From Rickettsiales bacterium (GTDB taxonomy: Bacteria > Pseudomonadota > Alphaproteobacteria > Rickettsiales > JABIRX01): a DNA stretch of 64,000 bases. Positions 10,711 to 20,493 of the stretch are shown one piece after another (the first letter of the stretch is position 1; the number at the start of each line of letters is the position of its first letter). The translations under genes and the position numbers were made by a program. The stretch spans positions 239-64,238 of the forward strand of contig CBFHSE010000002.1 in assembly GCA_965658435.1 (NCBI GenBank), given 5' to 3'. The notes under the pieces are model-generated. The model was given only the letters and a program-made list of their open reading frames with translations. It searched no databases and was not told the origin of the DNA.

Positions 10711-11547
10711 TTAAATTCCTCTAGAATTAGGATTTTCTTTGTGAATATCTTCTGCACTAATACTTTGTTTATATATTGGTTTGATTAATTCTGGAGGTAA
10801 TATGTTTACCCAAGATTGCTTCCCTAACATATTTGACGATCCCATTGCAAAAGCAATTATTTTGCTACGATACCCAGCAATTAATATGTTAGATATTTCA
10901 TCAGGCAAAAAAGAGCAACCTCGATGTAAGGATAATCCATGATCTAAAGCTAAATTCAATATAGAGTTGCCTTTCCTATCAGTAGAATATATAATATCTT
11001 GATCATAAGAAATAAATTTTCCAAGCAGCTCTATGTCTTTCTGTTTATCAGAATCAATTTCTTCATCATTAAAAATATCATACATAATCCTATGAACTGC
11101 AGATCGCAACTGATCATCATTATCACGAATATATTGTAATAAAATATAAATATTTTCATAATTTCTATTTTCAACCTGTGTCATTAGCACAGTATCGCCT
11201 TTATTATTAACAGCATGAATATTTGCCTCATATTTTATTACTAATAATTCAAATAAATCTTTGCCCTCAGTAAGGTGTAAAGCTGTATTTTTATTCCTGC
11301 TATTTTGCTGATTAACATTTGCACCTTTACGTATAAAAAAAAGAGCCATATCATAATGTCCATATATAACAGCTTGATGCAGCAAACTATTACCAGTTTC
11401 ATTATCCAACAATTTTAATAATTCATCATTACAACAAACGAGATCTTGAATTAGATTCTTATTCATATAAGAATCAGTTGTATCTTTTTGAAGCTCAAGA
11501 AATATCTTTTCAAAATCAATCATATCGTATCTCTTCCTAATCAACAT
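10711..11547 (-). CDS. Ankyrin-repeat protein
   Basis: Repeats such as GNSLLHQAVIYGHYDMALFFIRKGANVNQQN and NTALHL...; KGDTVLM...; GNSILNLALDHG. Confidence 0.7.
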   Translation of the reverse strand: MLIRKRYDMIDFEKIFLELQKDTTDSYMNKNLIQDLVCCNDELLKLLDNETGNSLLHQAVIYGHYDMALFFIRKGANVNQQNSRNKNTALHLTEGKDLFELLVIKYEANIHAVNNKGDTVLMTQVENRNYENIYILLQYIRDNDDQLRSAVHRIMYDIFNDEEIDSDKQKDIELLGKFISYDQDIIYSTDRKGNSILNLALDHGLSLHRGCSFLPDEISNILIAGYRSKIIAFAMGSSNMLGKQSWVNILPPELIKPIYKQSISAEDIHKENPNSRGI

Positions 11548-11601
11548 ATTATACTATAAATTCTTTTGCATATCAATAAAAATCTAACTTTTAATTATTG
11601 A

Positions 11602-11676
11602 TGGTGCCGCCAAGAAGAATCGAACTTCCGACCCCCACATTACCAATGTGGTGCTCTACCACTGAGCTATAGCGGC
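11602..11676 (-). tRNA. tRNA-Thr (anticodon GGU), CCA encoded
   Basis: The reverse complement GCCGCTATAGCTCAGTGGTAGAGCACCACATTGGTAATGTGGGGGTCGGAAGTTCGATTCTTCTTGGCGGCACCA folds as a cloverleaf. The anticodon loop is TTGGTAA. Confidence 0.9.
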
Positions 11677-11680
11677 AAGC

Positions 11681-11899
11681 TTATTTAACAGATTTTTTTG
11701 AATTAGTTTTTACTGTTTTCTTTTTAACAGTCTTTTTGGGAAGAGCCTTAGATTTCTTTTTCTCATCCTCAGACATTTCTTTTCTGAAACTTTTTATACC
11801 TTTAGCAAAGTCAGCCATAATTTTAGATATTCTACCTCCTCCAAATAATATTAAAACTATCAATAAAATTATAAGTAATTGCCAAATTCCAAGAGACAT
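11681..11899 (-). CDS. tatA: Twin-arginine translocase subunit TatA/E
   Basis: MSLGIWQLLIILLIVLILFGGGRI, followed by an amphipathic helix and a lysine-rich tail. Confidence 0.85.
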   Translation of the reverse strand: MSLGIWQLLIILLIVLILFGGGRISKIMADFAKGIKSFRKEMSEDEKKKSKALPKKTVKKKTVKTNSKKSVK

Positions 11900-11962
11900 A
11901 TAAATAATAAAAAATTTTAATCATTGTAATAGATATAATTTCCTCAAGCAAGCTTAAAAAAA

Positions 11963-12751
11963 TTAAGTTTCTGTTTTTTTCCCAAAAATTGATCTAGTTG
12001 AACTACGCCATTTCTGATTATTATCTTCTTTCTTAAATTGATTTCTCGCAAAATTATCAAGTTTCTCTGCAAATTTAATATTTTTTGTCATTTCCACAAT
12101 ATGATCTCTTTGCTGCGCTTTCAAAGACTCATTAAAATTAGCATTTATCCAAGATATAGTATTTTTAAACAAAAATTTAATTTCATCTAAACGGAATTTA
12201 TAATTTTCGCTATAGCCTCCAACCTCTTTACTTCTTGCCAATAACTCAAAAAATCTTGCCAAATATTCAGAATTATGTTGCTTTTCAGGATATACAGAAA
12301 TTTCCTTAAAAATTATTTGTTTAATAGCATTTTTAAGAAGTATGTGGGTTTGACCTATATTTTCCAAATCAGATAAAAATATATCCTTAAAATGTGACTC
12401 TAAGACAACTCTGCTTTCATATTCTAAAGCATGAGTTATTTCATGAGCCAGAACTTCAACATTTAATTTTTTTAACCTAATTTGATATTTATTTCTTTTA
12501 AAAAAAACGCCAAGATATTTATTAAACACAGAATCTTGTTCAGTAATACAACAGCCATCTAAACCATGTAAAGAATTATCCTCAATGATAAATTTTACCA
12601 TGCCAATCTCACATTTAGTAAGAATAACATCCAAGCCTATTTTAAAAAAATCAATTTTATATAATTCTTTATAGCAATTTAAAAAATATTCTAATTCTTG
12701 CTGCTTCTCATATGAAATATTATTTTTTAAAATCTGTTCTATGCTTGTCAT
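11963..12751 (-). CDS. Hypothetical protein with HExxH motif (possible metallopeptidase)
   Basis: The only recognisable element is LAHEITHALEYE. Confidence 0.4.
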   Translation of the reverse strand: MTSIEQILKNNISYEKQQELEYFLNCYKELYKIDFFKIGLDVILTKCEIGMVKFIIEDNSLHGLDGCCITEQDSVFNKYLGVFFKRNKYQIRLKKLNVEVLAHEITHALEYESRVVLESHFKDIFLSDLENIGQTHILLKNAIKQIIFKEISVYPEKQHNSEYLARFFELLARSKEVGGYSENYKFRLDEIKFLFKNTISWINANFNESLKAQQRDHIVEMTKNIKFAEKLDNFARNQFKKEDNNQKWRSSTRSIFGKKTET

Positions 12752-12804
12752 TCTTCTTTTTATGATTTAAAAATATCTCTTAAATATTATTTTACCCTAT
12801 TAAT

Positions 12805-13374
12805 ATGTATTTGTTAATCGATAATTATGATAGCTTCACCTACAATATAGTTCACTATCTTGGTGAAATTGGCGTAAATGTCATTGTTAAAAGAAATGAC
12901 GAAATAACAATTGAAGAAATAAAAAAAGAAAAACCTAAAGCTATATTCATATCTCCAGGCCCATCAACACCAAATGAATCAGGCATATGTCTTGATATGG
13001 TAGAAAATTTTAAAAATAACACTCCAATTTTTGGCATCTGTCTTGGCCATCAAATTATAGGACAAAATTTTGGTGCCAAGATTATAAAAGCAGACACTCC
13101 AATGCATGGAAAAATATCTAATATAATGCATAATCAAAAAGGAGTTTTTAAAAATATAAAAAACCCTTTTAAAGCAACCAGATATCACTCTCTAATAATT
13201 GATAGAAATAGCCTATCTCAAGAATTCGAGATAACAGCAGAAACAGAAGATAAAGTAATAATGGCCATTAAACATAAAACTCTTCCCATTGAATCAGTAC
13301 AATTTCATCCTGAAAGTATTGGTACAGAAAATGGAAAAAATCTTTTACAAAATTTTATTAAACTATATTGTTAA
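12805..13374 (+). CDS. Glutamine amidotransferase component II of anthranilate/aminodeoxychorismate synthase (TrpG/PabA)
   Basis: MYLLIDNYDSFTYNIV, GPSTP, GICLGHQ, ATRYHSL and VQFHPES form the class I GATase triad context. Confidence 0.85.
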   Translation: MYLLIDNYDSFTYNIVHYLGEIGVNVIVKRNDEITIEEIKKEKPKAIFISPGPSTPNESGICLDMVENFKNNTPIFGICLGHQIIGQNFGAKIIKADTPMHGKISNIMHNQKGVFKNIKNPFKATRYHSLIIDRNSLSQEFEITAETEDKVIMAIKHKTLPIESVQFHPESIGTENGKNLLQNFIKLYC

Positions 13375-13437
13375 CACAATTTTAGTTAAAAATTATCCAC
13401 AGCCCAAGCAACGATTTTTAACAAATTTTTAAATAAT

Positions 13438-13725
13438 ATGAATATTATCGAAATCACTATTGGTGAAAAAAATTATAAAATATCATGTAATCCAGGTGAA
13501 GAGGATCACATTGTAAAGCTTTCACAAAAAATCAACAACAGATATAATAATTTAAGTAAAAATATTGGAGATAAAGCTTCTGAAAATTTAATGCTCGTTA
13601 TTATAGCTCTAATGTTAGAGGATGAATTATCTAATCTTCAGCAAAATCATAATCAAAATGCTAAAATTGCCAATATCTCTAAAAAGCTTGAAAATATTAT
13701 ATCTAGACTTGAAGAAGCATCATAA
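13438..13725 (+). CDS. zapA: Cell division protein ZapA
   Basis: About 95 aa with ITIGEKNYKISC...EDHI...LMLVIIALMLEDEL. It sits upstream of the putative 6S RNA and the MTHFS gene, as in E. coli. Confidence 0.7.
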   Translation: MNIIEITIGEKNYKISCNPGEEDHIVKLSQKINNRYNNLSKNIGDKASENLMLVIIALMLEDELSNLQQNHNQNAKIANISKKLENIISRLEEAS

Positions 13726-13789
13726 TTAAAAATAAATTCGATATTTGTTGAGAAAATATCAAAATAATTATATAATTAAATTATATTTA

Positions 13790-13935
13790 ACTGCTTGGCT
13801 CGATCAAGGTTTTTTCGCTTCAGATCTATAATAAATATCTAGGGAGCGGTCACTGAGTTCTGCTGTGGCATTAATCAAACTGCACCCACCTTAACAAAAT
13901 AGGGTCTAAGATTGAGAACCGACGACCAAGTGGTT
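13790..13935 (+). ncRNA. ssrS: Putative 6S RNA
   Basis: A GC-enriched segment of about 150 nt in an otherwise extremely AT-rich spacer, in the conserved zapA-ssrS-ygfA position. The 5' CTTGGCTCGATCAAGGTT can pair imperfectly with the 3' GAACCGACGACCAAG as a closing stem. The 3' half (CACCCACCTTAAC...AGGGT) resembles the E. coli CACCUUGAACCAAGGGU region. Ends are approximate. Confidence 0.55.
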
Positions 13936-13956
13936 AAACTAGATAAAAAACTGACA

Positions 13957-14472
13957 ATGAATAAAAATTTTTTAAGACAAAAATTTAAAAAATTACGCTC
14001 ATCTATAAGCGAGGAAGAAAAATTAAAATCTGAAAAATTTATCTTAAAAAAGTTAAAAAATCATCTTCAAGAAAAACAAATTATTGCGATTTATTATCCC
14101 CTAAAATCTGAAGTAAACCTAATTTCATTAAAAGAATATTACCCTAATATTTTGCTTCCTAAAATAATCAATAATAGCTCTCTTAAATTTTTTTCTATTC
14201 AAGAAAAATTAATAAATAATCCAGTTTTCAAAATAAAAGAGCCCATTGGCCATAAAGAAGTAAAGCCCGATATTATTATTTGCCCTTTAATTGCTTTTGA
14301 CAAACATAAAAATCGTCTAGGTTATGGCAAAGGTTATTATGATAAATTTTTAAATAACAACAACGTCACTAAAATTGCAACTGCATTTTCAGTACAAGAA
14401 GCTGAACAAATTCCTTATGAAAATCATGACATCAAAATGGATTTAATAATAACTGAAAAAGATATATTCTAA
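13957..14472 (+). CDS. 5-formyltetrahydrofolate cyclo-ligase (MTHFS)
   Basis: LRQKFKKLRSSISEEEK..., PLIAFDKHKNRLGYGKGYYDKFL. The ORF opens at 13912, but that extension overlaps the putative 6S RNA, so I prefer the MNKNF start. Confidence 0.8.
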   Translation: MNKNFLRQKFKKLRSSISEEEKLKSEKFILKKLKNHLQEKQIIAIYYPLKSEVNLISLKEYYPNILLPKIINNSSLKFFSIQEKLINNPVFKIKEPIGHKEVKPDIIICPLIAFDKHKNRLGYGKGYYDKFLNNNNVTKIATAFSVQEAEQIPYENHDIKMDLIITEKDIF

Positions 14473-15188
14473 TTTTCAATTGAAAGCTTAGATTTACGAG
14501 ACTTTCTCCTTCTTTTACCAACCCTTCTTTTACTAACTATATCCATATCAACTTTAACTCTTTTTTCAATATAGCTAGTTAAACATTCAGATAATTCATC
14601 CATTTTTTCTCTGAAAAAATGATCAGCTCCTTCTATCAAAGAGTAATCGATTTCTATATTTTTCTGTAATGATAATTTATCAGCCAATTTTGCAGCGCTT
14701 TCTTCAGGAACAATACTATCTTTATTTCCCTGCACAATAATCCCTGATGCAGTGCATGGGGCTAAAAAAGAAAAGTCATATTTATTTGCAGGTGGAGAAA
14801 TAGAAACAAAACCCATTATTTCAGGTCTACGCATCAATAATTGCATAGCAATCCATGAACCAAAAGAAAAACCACCTATCCAAAATATATTAGAAGTTGG
14901 ATTTTGTGATTGCAGCCAATCCATAGCTGTTGTCGCATCAGCTAGCTCGCCAATTCCGTCATCATATTTTCCTTGTGATTTACCAACTCCTCTAAAATTA
15001 AACCTTAAAACCGAAAAACCATTATCAACAAATGCTTTAAATAAACTATAAGCAACCTTATTATTCATTGTTCCACCATGAAGTGGATGCGGATGCAACA
15101 CCAAAGCAACCGGAGCTTTAGGTTCATTACTATGGTAGTAACGCCCTTCCAACCTACCTTCAGGACCATTAAATATTATTTCAGGCAT
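14469..15188 (-). CDS. Alpha/beta hydrolase (COG2945-like) with a very basic C-terminal tail
   Basis: GRLEGRY...LHPHPLHGGTMNNKV...FNFRGVGKSQG and the nucleophile elbow GFSFGS. The tail is KRRVGKRRRKSRKSK. Confidence 0.7.
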   Translation of the reverse strand: MPEIIFNGPEGRLEGRYYHSNEPKAPVALVLHPHPLHGGTMNNKVAYSLFKAFVDNGFSVLRFNFRGVGKSQGKYDDGIGELADATTAMDWLQSQNPTSNIFWIGGFSFGSWIAMQLLMRRPEIMGFVSISPPANKYDFSFLAPCTASGIIVQGNKDSIVPEESAAKLADKLSLQKNIEIDYSLIEGADHFFREKMDELSECLTSYIEKRVKVDMDIVSKRRVGKRRRKSRKSKLSIEN

Positions 15189-15284
15189 AGCATATACTTA
15201 AATTGGTTAATAGTTGACTTCTCCGCTTGGTTATTATATACAAGTCAGCATATTTTATTAACTTTAAAATTAAGCAAAGTCAAT

Positions 15285-15707
15285 ATGCTACTTACTACAA
15301 AAGGAAGATACGCAGTTATGGCCATAGTTGATTTAGCACAGCAAGAAAGAGAAAAGCCAATAAAAATGGAGGATATCGCCAAAAGACAAAATATTTCTGT
15401 AAATTATTTAGAACAAATTTTTAATAAATTAAAAAATTCTGGTATCATCATTTCCCAAAAAGGTCCAGGCGGAGGATATTTATTACATGGAAAATCTAAT
15501 CAAATTTTTATCTCAGACGTAATTAAGGCGGTAGAAGAGCCAATAAAATTCACCAAATGTGATAAAAATTCAAATTGCAACGCAGCAGATGTAAAATGCC
15601 AAACACATTTTCTTTGGAAAGGCTTAGAAAAGCATATCCAAAAATACCTTGGCAATATTAGCATTAATGATATTTGCAAAGGAAAAATAGCTAACTTAAA
15701 TTATTAA
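15285..15707 (+). CDS. iscR: Rrf2-family Fe-S cluster regulator IscR
   Basis: MLLTTKGRYAVMAIVDLA... is a winged HTH. The gene lies first in the isc operon. The upstream part of the ORF (15078-15284) overlaps the hydrolase gene and is rejected. Confidence 0.85.
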   Translation: MLLTTKGRYAVMAIVDLAQQEREKPIKMEDIAKRQNISVNYLEQIFNKLKNSGIIISQKGPGGGYLLHGKSNQIFISDVIKAVEEPIKFTKCDKNSNCNAADVKCQTHFLWKGLEKHIQKYLGNISINDICKGKIANLNY

Positions 15708-15713
15708 TATAAA

Positions 15714-16925
15714 ATGCAAAAACCTGTTTATCTAGATTATCAATCAACCACCCCAACCGATCCAAGAGTTGTAGAAAAAATGCTACCATATTTTGCTGAA
15801 AAGTTCGGCAATCCTCACTCTAGAAGTCATTCTTATGGCTGGGTAACTGAGGAAGCCAGCGAAATAGCTCGAGAACATGTAGCAAATCTAATTGGAGCAA
15901 GCCCAAAAGAAATAATTTTTACTTCAGGTGCAACTGAATCAAATAATATTGCCATTAAAGGAATTGCCAAATTTCATGAAAAACAAAAAAATCACATAAT
16001 TACAGTAGCTACAGAACATAAATGTGTTTTAGATTCATGTAGAATATTAGGAACAGAAGGCTTTGATATAACCTATTTACCTGTTCAATCTAATGGCCTA
16101 ATTGATTTAGAAGAACTTAAAAAAGCTATTACTGATAAAACCATTTTAATTTCAGTAATGACTGTAAATAATGAAATTGGGGTAATCCAACCTATCAAGG
16201 AAATTGGAAAAATTTGTAAAGAAAACTCAATATATTTCCATACTGATGCAGCACAAGCATTTGGTAAAATACCCCTTGATGTAGATGAGATGAACATTGA
16301 TTTAATGAGCATTTCAGCACACAAAATCTACGGGCCAAAAGGAATTGGAGCTTTATATATCAGAAGAAAACCTCGCGTAAGATTAAAACCAATAATTAGT
16401 GGTGGAGGTCAAGAAAGAGGCTACAGATCAGGAACTTTACCTACGCCTCTAGCAGTAGGTTTTGGTGAAGCGGCAAGATTAGCTAAAATTGAAATGTCTG
16501 AAAATAAACAACATATCGAAAAACTAACAGCTAAATTATATGATAGCTTAACAAAACAAGTACCAGATATTTATCTAAATGGTGATAAGCAACATAGAAT
16601 TTATGGTAATTTAAATTTAAGCTTTGCTTATATTGAAGGAGAGTCGATGATCATGGCAATAAAAGACCTTGCAGTATCTTCTGGATCTGCTTGCACCTCA
16701 GCTTCACTTGAACCATCATATGTTCTTAAAGCACTTGGCGTAGATGAAGAGCTAGCTCATACATCAATTCGTTTTGGAGTTGGAAAATTTACAACTGAAG
16801 AAGAAATTGATTTTGCAATAAAAACAATTCTTAATTCAATTGAAAAATTAAGATCATTAAGCCCTCTTTGGGAAATGGCTCAAGAAGGAATTGACCTCAA
16901 ATCAATACAATGGGAAACACATTAA
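15714..16925 (+). CDS. iscS: Cysteine desulfurase IscS
   Basis: [19 protein letters not shown] (PLP lysine), SSGSACTS (active-site Cys), C-terminal WE..H. Confidence 0.95.
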   Translation: MQKPVYLDYQSTTPTDPRVVEKMLPYFAEKFGNPHSRSHSYGWVTEEASEIAREHVANLIGASPKEIIFTSGATESNNIAIKGIAKFHEKQKNHIITVATEHKCVLDSCRILGTEGFDITYLPVQSNGLIDLEELKKAITDKTILISVMTVNNEIGVIQPIKEIGKICKENSIYFHTDAAQAFGKIPLDVDEMNIDLMSISAHKIYGPKGIGALYIRRKPRVRLKPIISGGGQERGYRSGTLPTPLAVGFGEAARLAKIEMSENKQHIEKLTAKLYDSLTKQVPDIYLNGDKQHRIYGNLNLSFAYIEGESMIMAIKDLAVSSGSACTSASLEPSYVLKALGVDEELAHTSIRFGVGKFTTEEEIDFAIKTILNSIEKLRSLSPLWEMAQEGIDLKSIQWETH

Positions 16926-16947
16926 TTAACTTTTTATTTATTTTATT

Positions 16948-17340
16948 ATGGCATATAGCGAAAAACTTTTAGATCATTACAACAATCCTCAAAATGTTGG
17001 TTCATTAGATAAAAAACAGAAAAATGTTGGCACAGGGCTTGTAGGAGCTCCAGCATGTGGTGACGTTATGAAGTTGCAAATTGAAGTTAATGAAAAAGGC
17101 ACAATTGACAAAGCATGTTTTAAAACTTTTGGTTGTGGCTCTGCAATTGCATCTAGCTCTTTAGTTACAGAATTAATTAAAGGCAAAACCTTAGAAGATG
17201 CTCAAAAAATTAAAAATACAGATATAGCCAAAGAATTATCTTTACCTCCGGTAAAAATTCATTGTTCTGTGCTTGCTGAGGATGCAATAAAAGCTGCAAT
17301 TACAGATTATCAAAAAAAACAATCTGAAAATAATGAGTAA
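16948..17340 (+). CDS. iscU: Fe-S cluster scaffold IscU
   Basis: YNNPQNVG, GAPACGDVMKL, FGCGSAIASSS, LPPVKIHCSVLA. Confidence 0.95.
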   Translation: MAYSEKLLDHYNNPQNVGSLDKKQKNVGTGLVGAPACGDVMKLQIEVNEKGTIDKACFKTFGCGSAIASSSLVTELIKGKTLEDAQKIKNTDIAKELSLPPVKIHCSVLAEDAIKAAITDYQKKQSENNE

Positions 17341-17719
17341 AAACAAGCTTAGTTTTTCTAATAAATCTGTAGATTATTTAAAAGTTACAGAAAATGCCAT
17401 AAAGGCAATTAAAGATAAGATTGCCCATAAGGAAGATGTATTTGGCATAAAAATAGGTATAAAAACCAGAGGTTGCTCAGGAATGGCATATAATATTGAA
17501 TATGCTAACAAAGAAACTATCACCGAATATGATGAATTACTAAATAACCAAAAAGTAAATATCTTCATAGATCCCAAAATATCTCTTTTTCTATTCAACA
17601 CAGAAATGGATTTTGTAGAAAAAAAAACTGAAAATGGCATGATTGTAGAATCAGGTTTTATATTCAACAATCCAAATGAAACAGGAAGATGTGGTTGCGG
17701 TGAGTCATTTTATGTTTAG
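17333..17719 (+). CDS. iscA: A-type Fe-S carrier IscA (HesB family)
   Basis: GCSGMAY motif and the C-terminal CGCGESF. Confidence 0.9.
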   Translation: MSKNKLSFSNKSVDYLKVTENAIKAIKDKIAHKEDVFGIKIGIKTRGCSGMAYNIEYANKETITEYDELLNNQKVNIFIDPKISLFLFNTEMDFVEKKTENGMIVESGFIFNNPNETGRCGCGESFYV

Positions 17720-17725
17720 CTAAAA

Positions 17726-18325
17726 ATGAACCAACAAAATTTTACATGCTATAATTGCAAAAACAGCAATCAATTTGGAGCATTATTATGCTCACATTGC
17801 CAAGCAATCCAGCCTATTAGCGAAAAAAATTATTTCAAAATTTTTTCACTTCAACAAAATTTTTCCATAGATAAAAATAAATTAGAAGAAAATTATTTAA
17901 ATTTACAAAAATTACTACACCCAGATAATTTCCAGCAAAAATCAGCTATTGAATTAAACTTAGCATTGCAACATACAAGCATGGTTAATGAAGCATATTT
18001 AAATTTAAAATCAGATCTAAAACGCAGTGAATATCTTTTAAAAATAGAAAATATTATTGTTAATCAAGATAATAAAAGCTCTATCTCACCCGATAATGAT
18101 TTACTAAATTATATTTTCAACCTAAGAGACGAAATTGAAGAGATAGAAGATCAGGAAGAACTAAACAAAATTAAAGAAAATATAAAAAAAGAAGAGATAG
18201 ACTTAATTAAAGAATTGGAGCTGTTATTTACAAAAAAACAATATGATGTAATTGCAAAATTGACAATAAAACTAAGATATCTCGAAAAAATACAAGAAGA
18301 ATTAGAAATTAAATTAGCACTATGA
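17726..18325 (+). CDS. hscB: Co-chaperone HscB with N-terminal CxxC...CxxC zinc-finger
   Basis: J-domain core YF..F......D...L...Y..LQKLLHPDNF, preceded by CYNC-x10-CSHC. Position in the isc operon supports the call. Confidence 0.85.
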   Translation: MNQQNFTCYNCKNSNQFGALLCSHCQAIQPISEKNYFKIFSLQQNFSIDKNKLEENYLNLQKLLHPDNFQQKSAIELNLALQHTSMVNEAYLNLKSDLKRSEYLLKIENIIVNQDNKSSISPDNDLLNYIFNLRDEIEEIEDQEELNKIKENIKKEEIDLIKELELLFTKKQYDVIAKLTIKLRYLEKIQEELEIKLAL

Positions 18326-20148
18326 ATTTAATCCAAATTAACGAAGAAAATAAACAAGAAATTAACAAAAAAATTGCCATAGGAATTGACCTTGGCACAA
18401 CAAATTCTTTAGTTGCATTTTCTGAAAATAAAAACCCAAAAATCCTGAAAGCAGATAATGAGCTAGAAGCAATAAAATCTATTTTATCCCTTGATGAGAA
18501 AAATCAAATTATTGTTGGAAACACAGATAAAAATTTAAAATCAATCAAATCCATAAAAAGATTGATGGGCAAAACAAATGAGGATTTAAGTGAAGAATTA
18601 AAAAATTATAATTATGACATTCTTGAAAAGACAGAAGAAAACATAATTAAGCTAAATTTTGCAGATAATATCACCCCTATTGAAGCATCAGCAGAAATTT
18701 TAAAAACATTAAAAAAAAGAGCAGAAAAATCATTACAAACAAAAATTAATGATGCCGTAATTACAGTTCCTGCATATTTTGATGATGCAGCTAGAAATGC
18801 CACAATTGCAGCTGCCAAAATTGCCAATTTAAATATCCTAAGATTAATTAATGAACCTACAGCAGCTGCCCTAGCTTATGGTTTTGACAAAGATCTTGAG
18901 GGGATTTATGCAATTTATGATTTTGGTGGCGGAACATTTGATGTTTCTATCCTAAAAATGCATAAGGGTATTTTTCAGGTTATTGCTACAAAAGGTGATA
19001 ATTTTTTAGGAGGAGACGATCTTGATATTGCCATCGCTAATTATCTTACAGATAAATTTCAAATTGCTAATAACATAGCTTTAAATGAAGCAAATCTTGC
19101 TAAAGAATCTTTAAGCAAAAATAAAATATATGAAAATAAGCAATTAAAAATAACTCTTCATCAAGAGGAATTTCACGAAATTATCAAACCATTAATTAAT
19201 AAAACATTAGATATTTTTGCAACAGCAATTCAAGATGCAAAAATTAATAAAACAGAAATAAAAGAAACAATTTTAGTTGGTGGATCTACTAAAATTAGCT
19301 ATTTAAAAACATTGTTAGCAGAGTTTTTAGAAAAACCAGCTTTAGATAATATTAATCCTGACAATGTGGTTGCTCTTGGCGCTGCACTGCAAGCAGAATA
19401 TCTCACTAACTCAACAGGTAATTTATTAATTGATATAATACCATTATCACTTGGAATAGAAACAATGGGAGGGATTACAGAAAAAATAATACCAAGAAAT
19501 AGCGCTATACCAATTTCATATTCTCAAAAATTTACCACCTTTAAAGATAATCAAACTGGTATGCAAATTCATATTGTTCAAGGAGAAAGAGAGTTAAGCA
19601 ATAAAAACAGATCTCTTGGATATTTCGAATTAAAAAATATTCCTAAATTACCTGCAGGAAAAGCCATTATTAATATCCATTTTAATATTGATATGGACGG
19701 AATTTTAACTGTTACAGCAGAAGAAGAAACAAGCAATATTAAGCAAGAAATAATAGTTAAGCCATCCTACGGACTAGATGAAAAGCAATTAATGGAAATT
19801 TTACAAAAAACTCATCAAAATGCCAAAGATGACATGATAGAAAGATTAATTGCTAAAAATAACATTTCACTTTCTTCTTACAAAGATCAAATTGAAAAAA
19901 TAATAGCAGATAAAGATTATAATTTTAGTACAGAAGAACAAAAAGAGGCAGAAGAATTTTGTATAAAAATGCAAGAAGAAAAAGAAAAACTAAACAAATC
20001 CAATAACTATAATCAATTAGAAAAGCTGCAAAAAGATACAAAGGAATATCTAAATAACCTATGTTTAAAAAAAATAAATATAATTACTTCTTCATTAGAA
20101 GGAAAAACTATTGCAGAAATTGATAATTTATTTAAAAATAAGAAATAA
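18322..20148 (+). CDS. hscA: Fe-S cluster chaperone HscA (Hsp70 family)
   Basis: IGIDLGTTNS, VITVPAYFDD, INEPTAAALAYG, DFGGGTFDVS, LVGGSTK. Confidence 0.92.
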   Translation: MNLIQINEENKQEINKKIAIGIDLGTTNSLVAFSENKNPKILKADNELEAIKSILSLDEKNQIIVGNTDKNLKSIKSIKRLMGKTNEDLSEELKNYNYDILEKTEENIIKLNFADNITPIEASAEILKTLKKRAEKSLQTKINDAVITVPAYFDDAARNATIAAAKIANLNILRLINEPTAAALAYGFDKDLEGIYAIYDFGGGTFDVSILKMHKGIFQVIATKGDNFLGGDDLDIAIANYLTDKFQIANNIALNEANLAKESLSKNKIYENKQLKITLHQEEFHEIIKPLINKTLDIFATAIQDAKINKTEIKETILVGGSTKISYLKTLLAEFLEKPALDNINPDNVVALGAALQAEYLTNSTGNLLIDIIPLSLGIETMGGITEKIIPRNSAIPISYSQKFTTFKDNQTGMQIHIVQGERELSNKNRSLGYFELKNIPKLPAGKAIINIHFNIDMDGILTVTAEEETSNIKQEIIVKPSYGLDEKQLMEILQKTHQNAKDDMIERLIAKNNISLSSYKDQIEKIIADKDYNFSTEEQKEAEEFCIKMQEEKEKLNKSNNYNQLEKLQKDTKEYLNNLCLKKINIITSSLEGKTIAEIDNLFKNKK

Positions 20149-20166
20149 TTTTAATCACAAACTAAT

Positions 20167-20493
20167 ATGCCTAAAGTAATATTCATTGAAAATGATGAAA
20201 GAAAAGAAATTGAAGCAGAAAATGGGCTTTCAATTCTAGAAATAGCTCATAAAAACAATATTGATTTAGAAGGTGCCTGTGAGGGGTCTCTTGCATGTTC
20301 TACATGTCATGTAATTGTAAATGATAGTTTTTTCAATAAATTAGAAGAAGCAAGCGAAGAAGAAGAGGATATGCTTGATTTAGCTTTCGGAGTTACTCAC
20401 ACTTCAAGATTAGGTTGCCAGATCATTATGAGCGATGAATTAGATGGCATTGAATTACAAGTTCCTAGCAACACCAGAAATATTAGTCAATAA
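20167..20493 (+). CDS. fdx: [2Fe-2S] ferredoxin, adrenodoxin/ISC type
   Basis: [12 protein letters not shown]...SRLGCQI cysteine ligands. It is the last gene of the isc operon. Confidence 0.9.
   Translation: MPKVIFIENDERKEIEAENGLSILEIAHKNNIDLEGACEGSLACSTCHVIVNDSFFNKLEEASEEEEDMLDLAFGVTHTSRLGCQIIMSDELDGIELQVPSNTRNISQ

Noticed and set aside
15078-15284. N-terminal extension of the iscR ORF.
   Set aside because: It overlaps the 5' end of the convergent or divergent hydrolase gene. The Rrf2 fold starts at MLLTTKGRY (15285).
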